Of a stretch of 61,806 nt of DNA, positions 1 to 16,360 are shown piece after piece (the stretch's first letter is position 1; the number at the start of each line of letters is the position of its first letter). A model generated the notes under the pieces. It was not told where the DNA came from. It saw nothing but the letters and a program-made list of their open reading frames with translations, and made no database searches. The stretch comes from Dicyema japonicum (lineage: Eukaryota; Animalia; Dicyemida), in contig RDEW01000011.1 of assembly GCA_011109175.1 (NCBI GenBank), forward strand, positions 1,172,877 through 1,234,682. Reading direction: 5' to 3'. The translations under genes were made by a program, and so were the position numbers.

Positions 1-258
1 CTTTATTTAAGTAAAGAACAGTTAATTTTAACTAATCGTAGAACCAAGGAATGATATTCACTTCTTTTTTTTTCTTGTGTGAGTGTCCTTTCTAGACAAT
101 CCAGTTCCGCAGTGAGTATCCACTGATGACTGCGTCACTCGTCTAACCTTTTCTGCATCGTAGATGCGTGGAACCTTCCAACAGGTAAACAGCAGCGAGA
201 TTCGAACCCGTAACCTAAGCCACTTAAGCCCGACACCTAACCACTACGCTAAATCTTC
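1..258 (-). mobile_element. tRNA-derived SINE, copy 1 (3' end cut by window edge)
   Basis: Minus strand has a Pol III A box TAGCGTAGTGG and B box GGTTCGAATC, followed by a ~200-nt body shared with copies at ~6.4, ~20.6 and ~51.1 kb. Confidence 0.75.
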
Positions 259-1949
259 GATCAGTAGTGAAAATAGTGATCTGGGATTTATGGGGGTTAC
301 CTATATTATATAAATAACTCAAAATCAAAGTACTCGAGTCAAATTATTTATTTAAATTGAATAATCATTAATTTGTATTTTCAATGATATTATCAGACAT
401 TAGGAGATGCTTTGGAGACTTGCTCATTTAAGAAAATTTTAGAGTTGGTCATTTGTGGAATTTGGTCAGGTGATTAATAATTTGATTTATGTTTTGCATA
501 ATACAGAGGTGGGAATCCGTTTGGCAGCCAAAATAAGACTCTGAGGTATCGGTTCTTATGCAGCCTGCAAGTGAATATGTGGAAGACAGAGATCATTAAT
601 ATTAGAATTCACCGGACGAGTTTTCCACTGTCCAAACCCGCCTTGAGGCTTTTTCCCATGATGCGAGAATAGTCGAGTTTTCTGGAACGGTTCTCCTTGG
701 ATGCTTTCTATTCTTGTCCAGGAAGCAAAAGTTTACGGGAAGAGAGGTCGACTCGTTCGGGCTAATGATGGAAAGGCTTAAAGCTCTTGAAGCACATACA
801 GGCTTCTTAATGAAAAATAACATTTTTGTTGCCAAGATTATTTTCTCATTACGGAGTTCCTCTTGTTTCCATTAATCTGATACTCTCAAATCTATAGAGG
901 ATTTTATCAAACAGTCGGCCGAAGAAATCTTCAATATCAGTTATGACAGCGCTGACTGGTCCCAAGAATCTTTCGGATTGGAACTCACGACCTTCAAAAT
1001 CCGATATCATCAGACGTTACGTTCAGCCAGAAGGCCGAGATCGCGATTATAGAAGTAATTTCCATTGTGTTTCCAATGCCCACAGGCCATAACGGATGGC
1101 TGAACTAGAACCGTTGAAGTTAGTAAAGTTTTCAGATGGATTTTCGGAAAGATTGACTCATAGCGACTNCGCGATTATAGAAGTAATTTCCATTGTGTTT
1201 CCAATGCCCGCAGGCCATAACGGATGGCTGAACTAGAACCGTTGAAGTTAGTAAAGTTTTCAGATGGATTTTCGGAAAGATTGACTCATAGCGACTGCCT
1301 CATTTTCATTCGGTGTTTTTCAAATGCACTTCGTGTATGCCCGCACTACTGAGGTGTGTTAACAGGTGATGAACCGCCCGTTTTCTTCAATAGAGTCTCT
1401 AAGAAGCCAGAGTCTGCAAAAAAGGACAAAAACTTATTAGGAGTTCAAATTAATAAAGACTGGGAAGCTTTGATTTTTTAAGCTAGGTTTGTACACCAAG
1501 CAACGCAGCCATGGCTGACGGTTGACTCAATTTAATGGATATCCACAAAGACTCACTCGAGCAACAATTCCAATTTCATATTAATAATTTTTTTATTTAT
1601 TAGAATCCGGGGTTCACCGAAAATGAAAGACAAAAAAACGTCAAACAGTTAAGTAATCCTAGTTTCCGCAATAAAACAAGCCATCCAACGTCTGTGGTCT
1701 CCCATTGTTCCCACTACCGTGCGAAAAAGCCTTCGCTCATCCTTGCAGAGAAATCCGATTGGGGAGGGAAATTTCCTAACTAATCGATTTTCTTTGTTTA
1801 GGAAAAGGACAGGTTAAGCGGGTGTCCGTCCTCATTACAGACCTGAAGGAATCTAGTTCCGCGATTAATAAATATTTATGAATTAAAATTTAATGAATTT
1901 TTTATTATTCCAATCAAACAAGAATGTTTATTAATTTGTTAATATTAAA

Positions 1950-5032
<3,083 letters not shown>

Positions 5033-6344
5033 TAAGTTTTATAATTTTACTGAATTTTATATTAATTTTAGGTTTGACAGTTATTTAGTTTATTTTTTTA
5101 ATTTATATATTTTTAACATAAAAATAATAAAATTCATTAAAATTGACATTTTATGTAAAATATTGTTATTTTTATCAAAATAAATTTAATATAAAATAAT
5201 AGTTTTATGTTAACCTTTGTGTTGTTTGTGCTGTGTTTTTTATTTTCTATTTTATAAAAATTAATTTTTCTGCATTATTAAATTATTATTTAGTCATGAA
5301 ATCTTGTTATCACATAGGGTGTGTCAAACTTATCACAGTTTTCAGAAATAGATTAAGAAAAATGCATTTTATATTTGAAGGAAATAACTTTAAAGTCAAT
5401 TTGATATTATTTGAAAATAACATTCAGATATACTGTAAATTAAATTTTTGGTGAAAATACATAGATGATCGGAAAAAAAACATAAAAGTATGTTTTTTTA
5501 ATCTAATGCAATGAAATTTTTTGGTCGCAATGTAAAAGGAAATCAGTAAGGCTTTCTGTGTAGAATCAATACTCCGAATTTTCTGAAATATCTCGGAACA
5601 GTTTGCGATCTTATTTATGAGGAAATTAAGGCTCTAGATATGCCTTTATTTATTTTTCACGTATGCTCATTTCATCGCTCCTCTATGGACTCGAAGGATA
5701 TCATTACACTGCATAAGGAGTGTTTTATCTTGCTTCTCTAAAAATCGAGGAGGGTAGGGATCAAGATTGCTTTACGCAAAAGGCTCGACGAGACGTTAGA
5801 TGAGGATGAAGATTTGTTATTAGTGTCGATCAGAGATGTAACATAGAAAAGGATGACAAACTTCCTAAAAAGAGATGCCATCCTTGACTCGTATGTCGCA
5901 GCTCAAAATAAACTAAGAGGGGTCTGAAGTTGCAGAGTAGAGTCCAAGCAATGGCAACACTTTTGGAGAAGCCTTAAATTAATACCTCTTTACTTTCTTT
6001 TGTTAGTAAAGTTTATTAAATTTAAAAAGTATGTTTATTGGACTAATGCATGAAATAATGAGGGGTAAGCCTAATTGTAGAATAACGTTTTAATAGATTC
6101 TGGAAATTGGGAATATTTATTAATCTATGAAGACTTGTTTGATTAAAAGTTATCTCTATTTGCTTATCATTATTGTCATCAGAATAGATTCAATAATGGA
6201 TGTGGTCTCAACAATAAAATATCATTTTAAGCAATATAATAATAATTTTATTTCTGTGTATGGCTTGGGTCACCAAACTACTACGCCCAGCAGCATCATT
6301 TTGGGACAACCAAACATAGTCTGAACAAGTAATAAAATAAAAAT

Positions 6345-6655
6345 AAAACCGCAATTTCCGTGAGAGCCATATTACCTATAGCTCCCCCAGGAAGGACATA
6401 GATTTTATTAAAATAAAGAACAGTTATGATAACCAATCGTAAAAAAGGAGAATCAAAGAATGATTTTCAATCTTTTTCGTTTTGTGAGTCCCTATATATG
6501 ATCCGGTTCCGCCTAAATGTTGACTAATGAAAGCGTCATTTGTCAATCCAAAACATCTTAGATAAATGGAACCTTTAACGTGAATGTAAAACAGCCAGAT
6601 TTGAACCAATTGCCATCAGACCTTTTTGCCCGGTACTTCTGACACGTGCCATTCA
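6345..6655 (-). mobile_element. tRNA-derived SINE, diverged copy 2
   Basis: B-box-like GGTTCAAATC, body similar to 1-258, and a 3' tail shared with 49830-49910. Confidence 0.6.
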
Positions 6656-7449
6656 GAATAGTAAATGTACTTATTAAATTAAACGTAGATGAGTTTCAAC
6701 TTTAAGGGTGCACTGGGCCTCAAATATTAGTTAAAGATTATTAGAGTCAGAAAACAGCTCTTGTGAACGAATTTCAAATTTTTATATAAAAATTAAACTG
6801 ATTCCATATAAATTAAACAAACTGTGAGTACGATAAGACATTAGTGTCGACCACTCTACCAACAAATCTAATATTCATGGTTAGTTTCACTCTTAATTTT
6901 TGGAGAGAATAACCTACATCAGAGTGCCTCTGGAGCATGTTCTGCTGCTGAGTAAGCTGAGAGGTCAAAAAGGACAAACAACGCAGTGCTTGTAGAGGAT
7001 TTTTTGTTTGTTCCTTGGTGGTTGAAATATCTGGTTCCCTTCCGTCTGCGACATGAAATTCTTGACTCGTCTAGGTAATCAGATTTCTACACAAACAGGA
7101 GATCCCAGTGAACGCTACTGGCTATTTGAGTAAATCTCGTTTGTCATCATAATATTTTTTGAGTTGGAGAAAGCAGACGATATTATTCAAAAATCTAGAA
7201 GCAACTTTAAAAAATCTAACATATTGGGATTCCTTAGGAGTGAGAACATAACTTTAAAAATTTTTCCAATGAACAATCCACCCACCAATGAATTATATTA
7301 AACTCTTCCTCATTAATAAAGTTCTATTTAACTCTTATTTCCTTCCTCAAAAATGCGGTGATATGTTATCACATATACTGACCATCGGGGAAGGGATCCA
7401 GTAATGGCCTACAAGGCAGCACATATGGTAATTCCTCACGTTTAACTCT

Positions 7450-9200
7450 ATTTCATCAAATTACTAAATAAATTAAGTAGTCTTTAGGATGTTCGTATAA
7501 GAAACCAGTGGTCCCCATGAAGTACACCCATATGAAATGCATGGTTCGATGTACTGTGAGTAGAGCGTTTTAAATATAGGGTGATGTCCAATTTTCCATA
7601 GACTTGTTAGGCATTTCAGAAGGTTGATTTTCTTCTCACATTTGTTCAGCACGTTAGTGACATGTCTCGAAAAGTTCATGTGCGTATCGAAAGTCAGACC
7701 CAATATTTTTGCCATGTGCTGAACGTAATTCTCTTCCCTCCGCAGTAACTTCTATTGTTCTTTCCGACAATCTTTTGTCCGAGGTATAGAGAGTTGTAAC
7801 ACATTTTTCGGTATTGACTGACATCCGATTTTCATTAAACCACTCGAGTAGTCGATCTATGTGGTGTTGTATTCTTTCCGTCGCTGTTTGGGTGTTCTGA
7901 TGCCGTGAGGCTAAGACGATATCGTCTGCATAAGCCAGAAGCAGGTCGTCTTCTCCATTCGGCGTCAGAATGTCAGCCGTAAATAGGTTGAATAGTAATG
8001 GTGATAGCGGCGAACCCTGGGGTACTCCATTTGGGAATAAACGAGAGACAGAATGAATGTTTCCAATACACACTCTACCTCTTCGTCCGCTAAAGAAGTT
8101 CATCAGCCAGCGTTTGAGGTTTTCAGGGATATCTGATTGGTAGATTTTCCATGTTAGGTTCTTTCTCGGACAGAGTCGAAAGCTTTGTGGACGTCCAGTG
8201 AGCATAACACAGTTTTCTGGTGTCTTGGGTTGCACTGAAATCCAGAGCGAATAAAGTTAGTCAGGGATGTGAGGAAGCTCGTTGTGGACTGATCCTTTTT
8301 GAAACCATGCTGGAACGGTTCATCGGGAGTCCTTTCAGTGATTTTTGCGAGGATAAGCTTTTCCAGAATTTTTGACATGGAGCATAAGAGAGAAATAAGC
8401 CTGAAGAAAGCTGGGTTTTCTTTCGGTTTTCCTGGCTTCAATACTGGGCGAATGTTTGCAAGTTTCCATATCGTTGGGATTGAGTTATAATTAATCGACC
8501 CCATTAATCGACCAGTTGTAGATTTTGGTCAGGGTACTGATTCCCTCTTTGCCTAGGTTTTTCAGCAGGATTATGGGAATTCCGTCTGGACCATGAGAAT
8601 GTGTTACTTTTGTTTGGCTTAGGGATGCCATTACCTCCTTTTCCGTGAAATAAGTTAATTGTTCCCTTTTCGGTTTTCTTAGCGGCGGTTTGGGTGGGTC
8701 AGTCCTCATGTGGTTTTTGTGAGAGTTTTTCTTGTAGTATTTTATTAGGGCGTTTAGGTCTCTTTGGCTGAATTCGTCATTTCTGGGTGTCGTCTCATCC
8801 ACCTTCGAGATATTTCGAATTGTCTTCCAGACTTCGGATGTTGACCGGTTACGATTTAATGACGTAAGGACCATCTTCCATTTAGCTCTGTATTTTGAAT
8901 TCATTAGCTTTTATCTTTTCATTCAGCACTTTTAGACGGGTCCTTGCTTCGGAAGAACGGATCCCTGCTTTTTGAGACGGTTTCATTCCTTGACCAGAGC
9001 CTTCCTTCCGTACTCTCTCGTGTAAACGACATATCTTTTAGGAACAGCCATTGTTCATGCTTCCAGGATGACTTTTTTGACGTAGACAACCACTATATCA
9101 AGGGAGGTAAAGTTTTCCAGCTGTATATTAGTCAAATGTTGATCTGTAACTGATCGGAATATTTCCCAATTTGCCAGGTTTCTTCTTTCCACTGGTAATT
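7450..9200 (-). mobile_element. Decayed APE-type non-LTR retrotransposon (RT region, frameshifted)
   Basis: HGPDGI, WKLANIRPVLKPGK, FQHGF, LDVHKAFDSV, GVPQGSPLSPLLFN, YADD, ILGLTFD spread over several frames. Confidence 0.92.
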
Positions 9201-9869
9201 TCGCTTTTGATTTTTACCAGAATAGGGTTATGATCACTTCGGGTGTCGTCGATGACGGACCAATTAATCGTTGTTGAAAGCTGTGGTGAACAGAGTGTGA
9301 TATCTGGGGAGGTTGGATTGTCAGAGTTCCTTTGAGGTGTTCTTGTGTTTTTTGATGATCATGGGGGCGATGGTCCTCGAGAAACTCATTGTCATATAGA
9401 AAACTAAAGACAGATAAATAATCGACTCTTATATTATTTNTTGCAAGATTGTACATATATACAGGTTTCTTCTTTCCACTGGTAATTTCGCTTTTGATTT
9501 CTAGCAGAATAGGGTTATGATCACTTCGGTTGTCGTAGATGACGGACCAATTAATCGTTGTTGAAAGCTGTGTGAACCGAGTGAGATATCTGGGGAGGTT
9601 GGATTGTCAGAGTTCCTTTGAGGTGTTCTTGTGTTTTTTGATGATCATGGGGGCGATGGTCTTCGAGAAACTCATTGTCATATAGAAAACTAAAGACAGA
9701 TAAATAATCGACTCTTATATTATTTATATTAATTTGATAGAAAAAAAGACAAGAGAGTAAACGCTTATATAGCGGCTGCCCTGACTGCGTAGCTATTCCC
9801 TCTCAGGATAGTTAGCGATATTCTCTCAAATAACCAGCAAATATATAACATTACATTATATTTCATTTA

Positions 9870-10200
9870 TTATTATTATTAAACCAGAAAACCACCGTCA
9901 TATCCAAAATAAACAAATTCAGGTGATCTCAGCCTTCCTCAACAGTTTTCGCATCTTTTCTCGATGTTCCGACTGCGTTCCTACGCATTTCCGATATGGG
10001 CGGGGTCCGCATACTCGAGTCTTTCGCAGGGGTAATGTTCCAGTCGCCTCTATCATATTTTCAAGGTTTCTGAGCAGGATTTCCACACGATAAAATTTCC
10101 TAGTAAGTTTGCTGCCTTCACTTAAATGTTGCAGATTTTGTCCAAATTTGTTTCAAGGTTAGATCCCCAGACATTACATGCGTATTCTATTGTAGACTCG
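9870..10200 (-). mobile_element. 3' end relic of the same LINE family
   Basis: Ends ...KAEIT* followed by a short UTR and (TAA)n tail; the same end recurs at 47150-47225. Confidence 0.55.
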
Positions 10201-10439
10201 ATGAACTGTGGTAATGTACATTTTTTTCACGTTATGATTTCTTATAGTGTCACATTAAACTAATGGATCAGCTCAAAAAATTCCGGGTGTGGATCTGTGG
10301 AGTTTGATCCCTGATGACAAAAAAAAGGTGTCTGCCGATATATTTAAACACTCCGAAGAGGAACTGCCTATTGCTGNATCCAGTCCTGGTTCAATAATAA
10401 TATTTCATTAAAAATTATTAGCGTGATTTCTAATACTTC

Positions 10440-10790
10440 GTGATGGGTCATGTTCAAAAAAAGTTAGAACCTATAAAGAGGAATATATTTCTTTTGAATT
10501 TATTAAAAATCCTCAGGATCTTCATAAACCGCTTTGTTTGCAATGTGGTACAGTGTTTTCCATTGAGGCAATGAAGCCATCGCGCTTAATCGAACATTTA
10601 AAGCGTAAACATCTCAACTCAATTGGAAAAAAACAGATTTTTTTTAAATTAAAAAAGAATTATGAAAATACAAACACTTTAACTTCTCTTTTTAATAAAA
10701 GTATATTTCAAAATGTTTCTGGACTATTTTAATCATACAAAGTTGCAGAGATAATTACAAAAACAAGTTTTACGATTTGTAAAATCAATC
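10440..10790 (+). mobile_element. hAT (Buster/Charlie-type) transposase N-terminal fragment
   Basis: BED-type finger PLCLQCGTVFSIEAMKPSRLIEHLKRKH. Confidence 0.8.
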
Positions 10791-11159
10791 AACGATTCCA
10801 TTGCTAGCATCAATGTTCGGTGAAGAACTAGCCAGAAATTTTGAATCCAAGACTTTGGATCGCTTTCGTTGATTCCCCGTCATGGATATTTTGATGCGGG
10901 ATGGAGTATCCTCAATTTAAATCTATGAAGTCATTATAGCTAAGAAATGAAGTCATCATATCAGATCGGACAATGGCTTCAAGTATATACTTAATTCTAC
11001 AAATACTGTCGATAAACATTGACAAAAATATATTTGAATAACATGACGCAAGTCTTGTGGAACAAGAAAAAATAAAAAACAGATAAAAAAGAATTTGCCT
11101 CTTGTGGTAATGTATATTTTTTGTCACGTTATTATTTCTTATATTGTCACATTAAACTA

Positions 11160-12450
11160 ATCAGCTCAAAAAATTCAGGGTGTGGATCCGTGGAGTTTGA
11201 CCCCTGATGACAAAAAGAAGGTGTCTGTCGATATATTTAAACACTCCGAAGAGGAACTGCCTATTGCTGATAGCACTGTCAGCGTCTTTGAAATGATGAC
11301 TCCTTTCAGGGAATGCAAGGTCAATGCTCCAGGATGTGACCACATATCAATGAAACTTATCAAAGAAAGTCCGGATATTTTATTTGACTATCTGCAATGT
11401 NTCTTTATGATGAATGTTCACGACTTGGGCACCTCCCTTTAATATGGAAGAAAGCTGTTGTGAGGATGATTATAAAACCAGGGAAGCCAAAAAGAGATCC
11501 GGCAAGCTACAGACCAATTAGCTTAATATGTTCTTTCGCGAAAGTGATTGAACGTATCATTTTCAAAAGGTTAAGCAGACATATAGAAGAGAATGACTTT
11601 CTGATTCCGGAGTAGTGGGGTTTTCGTCCCGGAAGAGGCTGTGCAGACTGTTTCTTNNNNNNNNNNNNNNNNNNNNNNNNNNNNNNCCAGAAGAGGCTGT
11701 GTAGACTGTTTCTTTCTACTGAATTCTGAAATCATGAAAGCAAGGGATTCCAAGAGGCAGATAAACTTATTATGTCTTGATATCTCTAAAGCATTCTACA
11801 GTGCATGCATGAAGCGTTGTTAAATCAGCTTGCATCAGCATGGGTTTCAAGATACCTCTTCGTAATCGTGATGGACACTCTTTTATACCTGAAGGAAGAA
11901 TCTGGGAGTATGTTAACCAGATTGAGCATTGGTGCAACTTGAGAGGGCTAAAGCTCTCTGCTGAAAAATCTTGCGCATTCCGAATAAGCAATGTGAAAAA
12001 GCACCTGAAATAAGAATACACACTGGGAGTAAACAATGCACACAGTCTGCGCTACCTGGGGGTCTACTATGGACACGCAGGAGATTACATGTACTACATA
12101 AAGGGGAGGAGAAAGAGAGCCTTTCAGTCGCTCCTATGTACAAGAAAGTTACACGTTAGCCGCGACACCTACCTGTTCATCTTCAAGGGAGTTATTCTTC
12201 CTAGCCTACTTTATGGGTGCGAGGGGTGGTTCTTCTCTCCGAAAAGGAAGAAGATCTTATCCCTCCTAGAGAAGACTAGGAGAGCTGCAATTAAGCTCTC
12301 CTTAAACAAGAAACTGAAAGACTGTCTAAACGAGGACGAAAACAAGCTAATAGAACTGATTAGCAGGATTGTGGAAGATCGGATAAATGTTTTCAAGAGG
12401 AGATCAAAGATCCAGGACACGTATATAAAGCCGGGAGAAACGTCCTGAAA
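11160..12450 (+). mobile_element. Decayed non-LTR retrotransposon RT fragments
   Basis: APGCDHI, WKKAVVRMIIKPGK, SYRPISL, LDISKAF, ILPSLLYGCEGW. Confidence 0.85.
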
Positions 12451-12589
12451 AGAATTAATAAAAAAGGAGGAAGGGTCCAGGTGTGGTGTTTAAGCTTTAT
12501 GGTAGGACTCAGATGTAATACCCTCCAGAAAACTCCTTAACTCTTTTGTTAATAAATCGTTAATCCGTAAAAATTAAAATTCGTTCTGA

Positions 12590-12975
12590 AATGCCTCACA
12601 GGCTTATGGAAAATCGAAAGCATTCTGTTTTGAGCACTGTGTATAAACAATTCATTGAACCATGCATCTTTTATCCATGTGGAATATGGGGCCCACTCAT
12701 CTCTTGGACGAATTTCTTAAAGACCGGAAAAGAGCCTCCAAAATCACAGAACGCTGGATCTCAGGAGAACTCCAGCCACCTATTCCTCTTGAAGCCTTTA
12801 TACGAATGAACCACAGAACGGGCCGTCGTGACTGCGAAGATCCAGTCACTCGATACGTGCTTGTGTGGGGACGAGGAAGGAGCATCGGGCCAATATAAGG
12901 TCCCTGCTAGTGCGTGCTGGGATCACGTGATTAGTTAGTTTGTGTAACCGTGGTCTCTGGTGTTATTATTATTTC
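12590..12975 (+). mobile_element. LINE 3' fragment
   Basis: VYKQFIEPCIFYPCGIWG matches the C-terminus of the 7.5, 33.8 and 58.6 kb copies; ends in a TTA-repeat tail. Confidence 0.75.
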
Positions 12976-13359
12976 TTCATTATCGATCTTGCAAGATTGA
13001 TCAAAGTTTTATCAAATAAATCCATTACTAATCAATTCATTACGTAGCTTTTAATCATTTAGAAATATGTTAATGATGAATATGTAAAATCAATAATTAC
13101 ATATTCTTAATGAAGTCGGAAGACAAGTAGAAATAGTTACAAGGTCTGACTTCTAAATACCTTTGAGTATGTGAAAAAATGTCATCAGGAAAAAACGAAA
13201 CAAAATAAATGTACAAGATGAGAATCTTGTGAATACTCATAAACCACAGGGATCTCATTAAAACTATGATTTTTAAATAAAAAATATTTCTTAAATATTT
13301 ACTGTATGTGGTAATAACTTTTTGGGAATAAAATAAGATAAAACATTTGCGGGGGCGAT

Positions 13360-13840
13360 TAAATAACAAGGTTGAGAACTACTGTCTTAGAGTATGATTT
13401 AACCGGGTCATTTCCAAATATGACTGGAAGATTCGGAACTGGGAAGGTTTGTAGCATAATGCTGGAGTTGGAACAAACCTCATTAATCAATAGGTTAAAC
13501 TGGTGGGGACATTGTTGGAGAGTGACTTGGTTTCTATTTGCCACAATCATGCCATCAAGGGTTTTCTTTGATGTCAGAGATTGGATACGTGTTCTCTCGT
13601 TAGTTCTCTCGTTATATTCAACGAGTCCACATATTTCGGTGAGATGTCACAAGACCACGTGATAACAATCGGCATAGTTTTCACTTTTGTAGCATCNTGC
13701 CACAATCATGCCATCAAGGGTTTTCTTTGATGTCAGAGATTGGATACGTGTTCTCTCGTTATATTAAACGAGTCCACATATTTCGGTGAGATGTCAAAAG
13801 ACCACGTGATAACATTCGGCATAGTTTTCACTTTTGTGAC
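13360..13840 (-). mobile_element. Possible Ty3/Gypsy gag relic
   Basis: Weak resemblance of RIQSLTSKKTLDGMIVANRNQ to gag C-terminal segments; no LTR or pol seen. Confidence 0.25.
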
Positions 13841-14439
13841 ATCTTTAAATATCACTTAAACAACAACCCATAAATTCGCTTACTAACCACGTGGGACATT
13901 ACTATTAATCACAAAAATACAAGAAAATCGAACAAGGAGATAGAACAAGGAAATCAGAGTTATTTAGGCATTAAGTAATAGATTGATCTGACAAATATTA
14001 CGAGACTATAATAAATAGGAGATAAACTTTATGAGAATTATTCCCCCCGTTAGAATTAACTTCTTAGCGTACAGGTACCTGTAGCACATTATTGGGAGTA
14101 ATGTCCCACTGGAAACTATATATTCAAAGCACGTGGGTACTAAATAGTATTATGAATTTTAATGAATCGTGGAAGGGCCTTAGAGCAGCATATAATGCGG
14201 CAGATCCAACTCCGATTCCTGAAATTGCTGACATGATACTTCCTTTCAATTATATAGGATTGATGCCTGATTTGATTAGTCCAACCGTCCCACCAATCAT
14301 CATTGAAAATCCATATAATAGTGACACAGAATCCAGCATATATAATTATAATTAATAATTTAATTTTGAAAAGTTATTTTGAAATAATTATTTTAAACAT
14401 TATTTTTTATATTCGAATCCAGACCAAATTCACTGGTGA

Positions 14440-15050
14440 AGATTACCATTATTAAAACTCTTCCTCTCTAATCTTACAAGGATCCACATGATCCAGGAAC
14501 CTTTCGACCAATTTCCCTTCTCTGTACTGCATTGAAAATCCTCAAGAGATACATTCTCAACTGAATACGTCTAAACCTAATTCTATCTAACTCTCAGCAC
14601 GGCTTTAGAGTCAAGCATTTAACCTCAACTCACATAACCAAGTTAACTGACTATATTCCGGGTTGATTCGACAACCATAAACCGCCAATCTTCACTACAT
14701 TGACATTTTCAAGGCATTCGACGAGACCTCTAGGCACATTGTTTACAACAAGATAACAGCACGAGTATTCTTCCATTCATTCAAAATGGTTGAAGTCGAT
14801 CCTCTCTGGGAGATTGGACACACTTTACTTATGTCAGAGAAATTTCTTGCCCGTTAACTTCAAAACGTAATACCACAAGGCTCTGCCCTCTCTTCTGCGT
14901 TGTTCAACCTCCACCTTAGCACCCGAGTTGAAAGATACGCTGGTCCTATTATAGCGGACGATTTGATCCTCGCGGCTTGGGATAAAAACATTACTTCCGC
15001 CTCTGACCGCCTTCAAAAACATTTGGATTCTATAAAGTCTGTTTAAAGCT
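14440..15050 (+). mobile_element. Highly decayed LINE RT relic
   Basis: FRPISLL, QHGFR, IDIFKAFD, IPQGSALS recognisable across frameshifts. Confidence 0.75.
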
Positions 15051-15102
15051 TGTAAACAAAACTCTTGCGACAAATGTTTAGCGACAACAATTTATCTGTG
15101 TA

Positions 15103-15550
15103 TTGGACATTGCAGAATGCAAAATATTTGACTTTAATACATTAGAGCAGCTTTGCATAAACTACAAGAATGATAGATTGCAACAGTTTTTCAACCACCA
15201 TATGTCTGTCCTCGAACAAGAAGAGTACAAGAAACAGGAGATTGAATGGGAATTTATAGATTTTGGAATAGATCTTCAATCCTACATTGACCTCATCGAA
15301 AAGGTTTTATTTTAGATTCAAATATTAGCCGATGGGAATTTTGTCTATTCTCATGTTTCCTAAGGACACCGATAAAAGCTTTATGGAAAAACTCTACAAC
15401 AACCACGCTGGGAAAACTGCTGCCTTCACAAAGCCAAAGGTTCAAAAAGCATCTCCTCCAGTCTACTTTGAGATTTATCATTAAGCTGGAACTGTTAACT
15501 TCAAAGAAACTTTTAGGTCGGATATAACATTGATAATTGGCTGGTATAAC
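15103..15550 (+). pseudogene. Myosin-II heavy chain motor-domain fragment with two retained short introns
   Basis: [45 protein letters not shown]|PMGILSIL; introns at 15304-15328 and 15494-15516; DIAGFE changed to DIAECK, a deletion and stops. Confidence 0.88.
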
Positions 15551-15559
15551 ATAGATATT

Positions 15560-16360
15560 ATTATTATTAAAGCACTTTCACGAAAGCCATAATGATTATA
15601 GCCCCGCATGTGCAACACTCAAAGAAACAATATTTATAGTTAGTCTTTTCCATCTTCCTCTGTCGAATGCGAGTGATCTCAATTCGTCCAGGTCGTCTCC
15701 CGTCTTTAGATTTTTTCTCACACGATTTAAGTNCTTCAATTTCATTTTTGTTATAATTAGGGCGATTTTATTTACTTTATAAATTCGAAATTTTGACCTA
15801 AAAATTGCGATCTTCTTTTATAGCCCCGCATGTGCAACACTCAAAGAAACAATATTTATATCTTCCTCTGTCGAATGCGAGTGATCTCAATTCGTCCAGG
15901 TCGTCCCCCGTCTTTAGATTTTTTCTCACACGATTTAAGTCTTTGTTTAGGGCTGTCGGAAGTGTCGATCTAGGTCGTCCGCGGAAGGGTTTTTCGCATC
16001 TGTCAAAGTAATCTTCCATCGCTTTGTTAGCGGGTGCGTCCGGGTTCATTCTTAGTACATGCCCAAATAGCCTCCACCGGGCATCTATCACATCCTTGCT
16101 GATGTAAGAACACATACACTTGTTGTAGATACCAGTGGTTGATATTCTACGTGGCCACTCCATTCCGAGTAAGCTTCTTAGTTGCCTTCTATGGAACGAA
16201 TCCAGTTTTGATAGTTCTTTGAAGGAACTTCCCCATGTCCCAGCGTTATACAGTAGGATCGGTTTCACAAACGCGTTGTAAAGCCTGCATCTGATGTCAA
16301 TTCCAAGTCCTTTGGCCCTTAGCCATCCTTTCTTCAGTTTAGCCATTGCCGCATAACATT
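15560..16360 (-). mobile_element. RTE-clade LINE 3' part
   Basis: LYNAFVKPILLYNAGTW, RWRLFGHVLRM, RGRPRSTL; (TAA)n tail near 15560. Confidence 0.88.

Noticed and set aside
190-258. tRNA gene
   Set aside because: A and B boxes are present but there is no convincing cloverleaf, and it continues into a repeated body; it is a SINE head.
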